Positions 7,723 to 8,000 of a stretch of 8,000 nt of DNA are shown one piece after another. The notes under the pieces were generated by a model. The model worked only from the letters and a program-made list of their open reading frames with translations, was not told where the DNA came from and ran no database searches. This DNA comes from an uncultured archaeon (GTDB taxonomy: Archaea; Asgardarchaeota; Lokiarchaeia; Sigyniarchaeales; Promethearchaeaceae): positions 8,075-16,074 of the forward strand of contig CAYRPF010000073.1 in NCBI GenBank assembly GCA_964426185.1, given 5' to 3'. Numbering within the stretch: position 1 is the stretch's first letter; every line of letters starts with the position of its first letter. Position numbers and translations under genes: made by a program.

Positions 7723-7788
7723 TTAATAATGGCTTCTAATAAAGGAATATTCATGTTCGGTTCGGATTTGGGATAAGGATTTTTTCAT
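7723..7788 (-). CDS. Putative 21-aa micropeptide MKKSLSQIRTEHEYSFIRSHY (repeat unit 1)
   Basis: Manual translation ATG...TAA. Upstream context GAAGTGAAAAAA-ATG resembles the GGTGAAATA-ATG context of the GTPase gene. No homology is recognised. Confidence 0.45.
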   Translation of the reverse strand: MKKSLSQIRTEHEYSFIRSHY

Positions 7789-7855
7789 TTTTTTCACTTC
7801 TTTATGGTTTAATTTTGAGTTAGGTTAAAAAAAGGTAGAGATTCAGGCATTCAGA

Positions 7856-7921
7856 TTAATAATGGCTTCTAATAAAGGAATATTCATGTTCGGCTCGGAT
7901 TTGGGATAAGGATTTTTTCAT
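7856..7921 (-). CDS. Putative 21-aa micropeptide MKKSLSQIRAEHEYSFIRSHY (repeat unit 2)
   Basis: Manual translation ATG...TAA with upstream AAAGTGAAAAAA-ATG. A third copy's 3' end (..SHY*) is visible at 7988-7999. Confidence 0.45.
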   Translation of the reverse strand: MKKSLSQIRAEHEYSFIRSHY

Positions 7922-8000
7922 TTTTTTCACTTTTTTATGGTTTAATTTGAGTTAGGTTAAAAAAAGGTAGAGATTCAGGCATTCAGATTAATAATGGCTT

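Larger units (their letters stand above)
7667..8000. repeat. Tandem direct repeat array, unit 132-133 bp, truncated by the window end
   Basis: The anchor GGTAGAGATTCAGG starts at 7701, 7834 and 7966. Units 1 and 2 differ by 5 substitutions and one 1-nt indel. The visible 35 nt of unit 3 equal unit 2, and 7667-7700 is a degenerate partial copy of the unit end. Confidence 0.97.

Noticed and set aside
7701-8000. CRISPR array interpretation of the terminal repeats
   Set aside because: Whole 132-133-bp units are ~95% identical, with no unique spacers and no cas genes in view.

Overview
AT-rich archaeal window, most consistent with an Asgard archaeon of the Lokiarchaeia type. That assignment is inferred from a Rab-like small GTPase without a CAAX tail, a NurA nuclease, TATA/oligo-T signals and a stand-alone 5S rRNA. 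Gene order: GntR/FadR regulator (-), divergent PLP-dependent D-cysteine-desulfhydrase-like enzyme (+), convergent enolase-superfamily dipeptide epimerase (-), long orphan NurA (+), Rab-like GTPase (+), alpha/beta esterase (+) and a solitary 5S rRNA (+). The window ends inside a ~133-bp tandem repeat array. Each unit of that array carries a complete 21-codon minus-strand micro-ORF (MKKSLSQIR[T/A]EHEYSFIRSHY) with a ribosome-binding-like leader and a downstream T-tract; this is the most unusual element. Also notable: paired 11-bp-spaced TGT-NN-ACA operator boxes at both divergent promoters of the GntR locus, and a coding-like acidic in-frame extension behind the epimerase amber stop.
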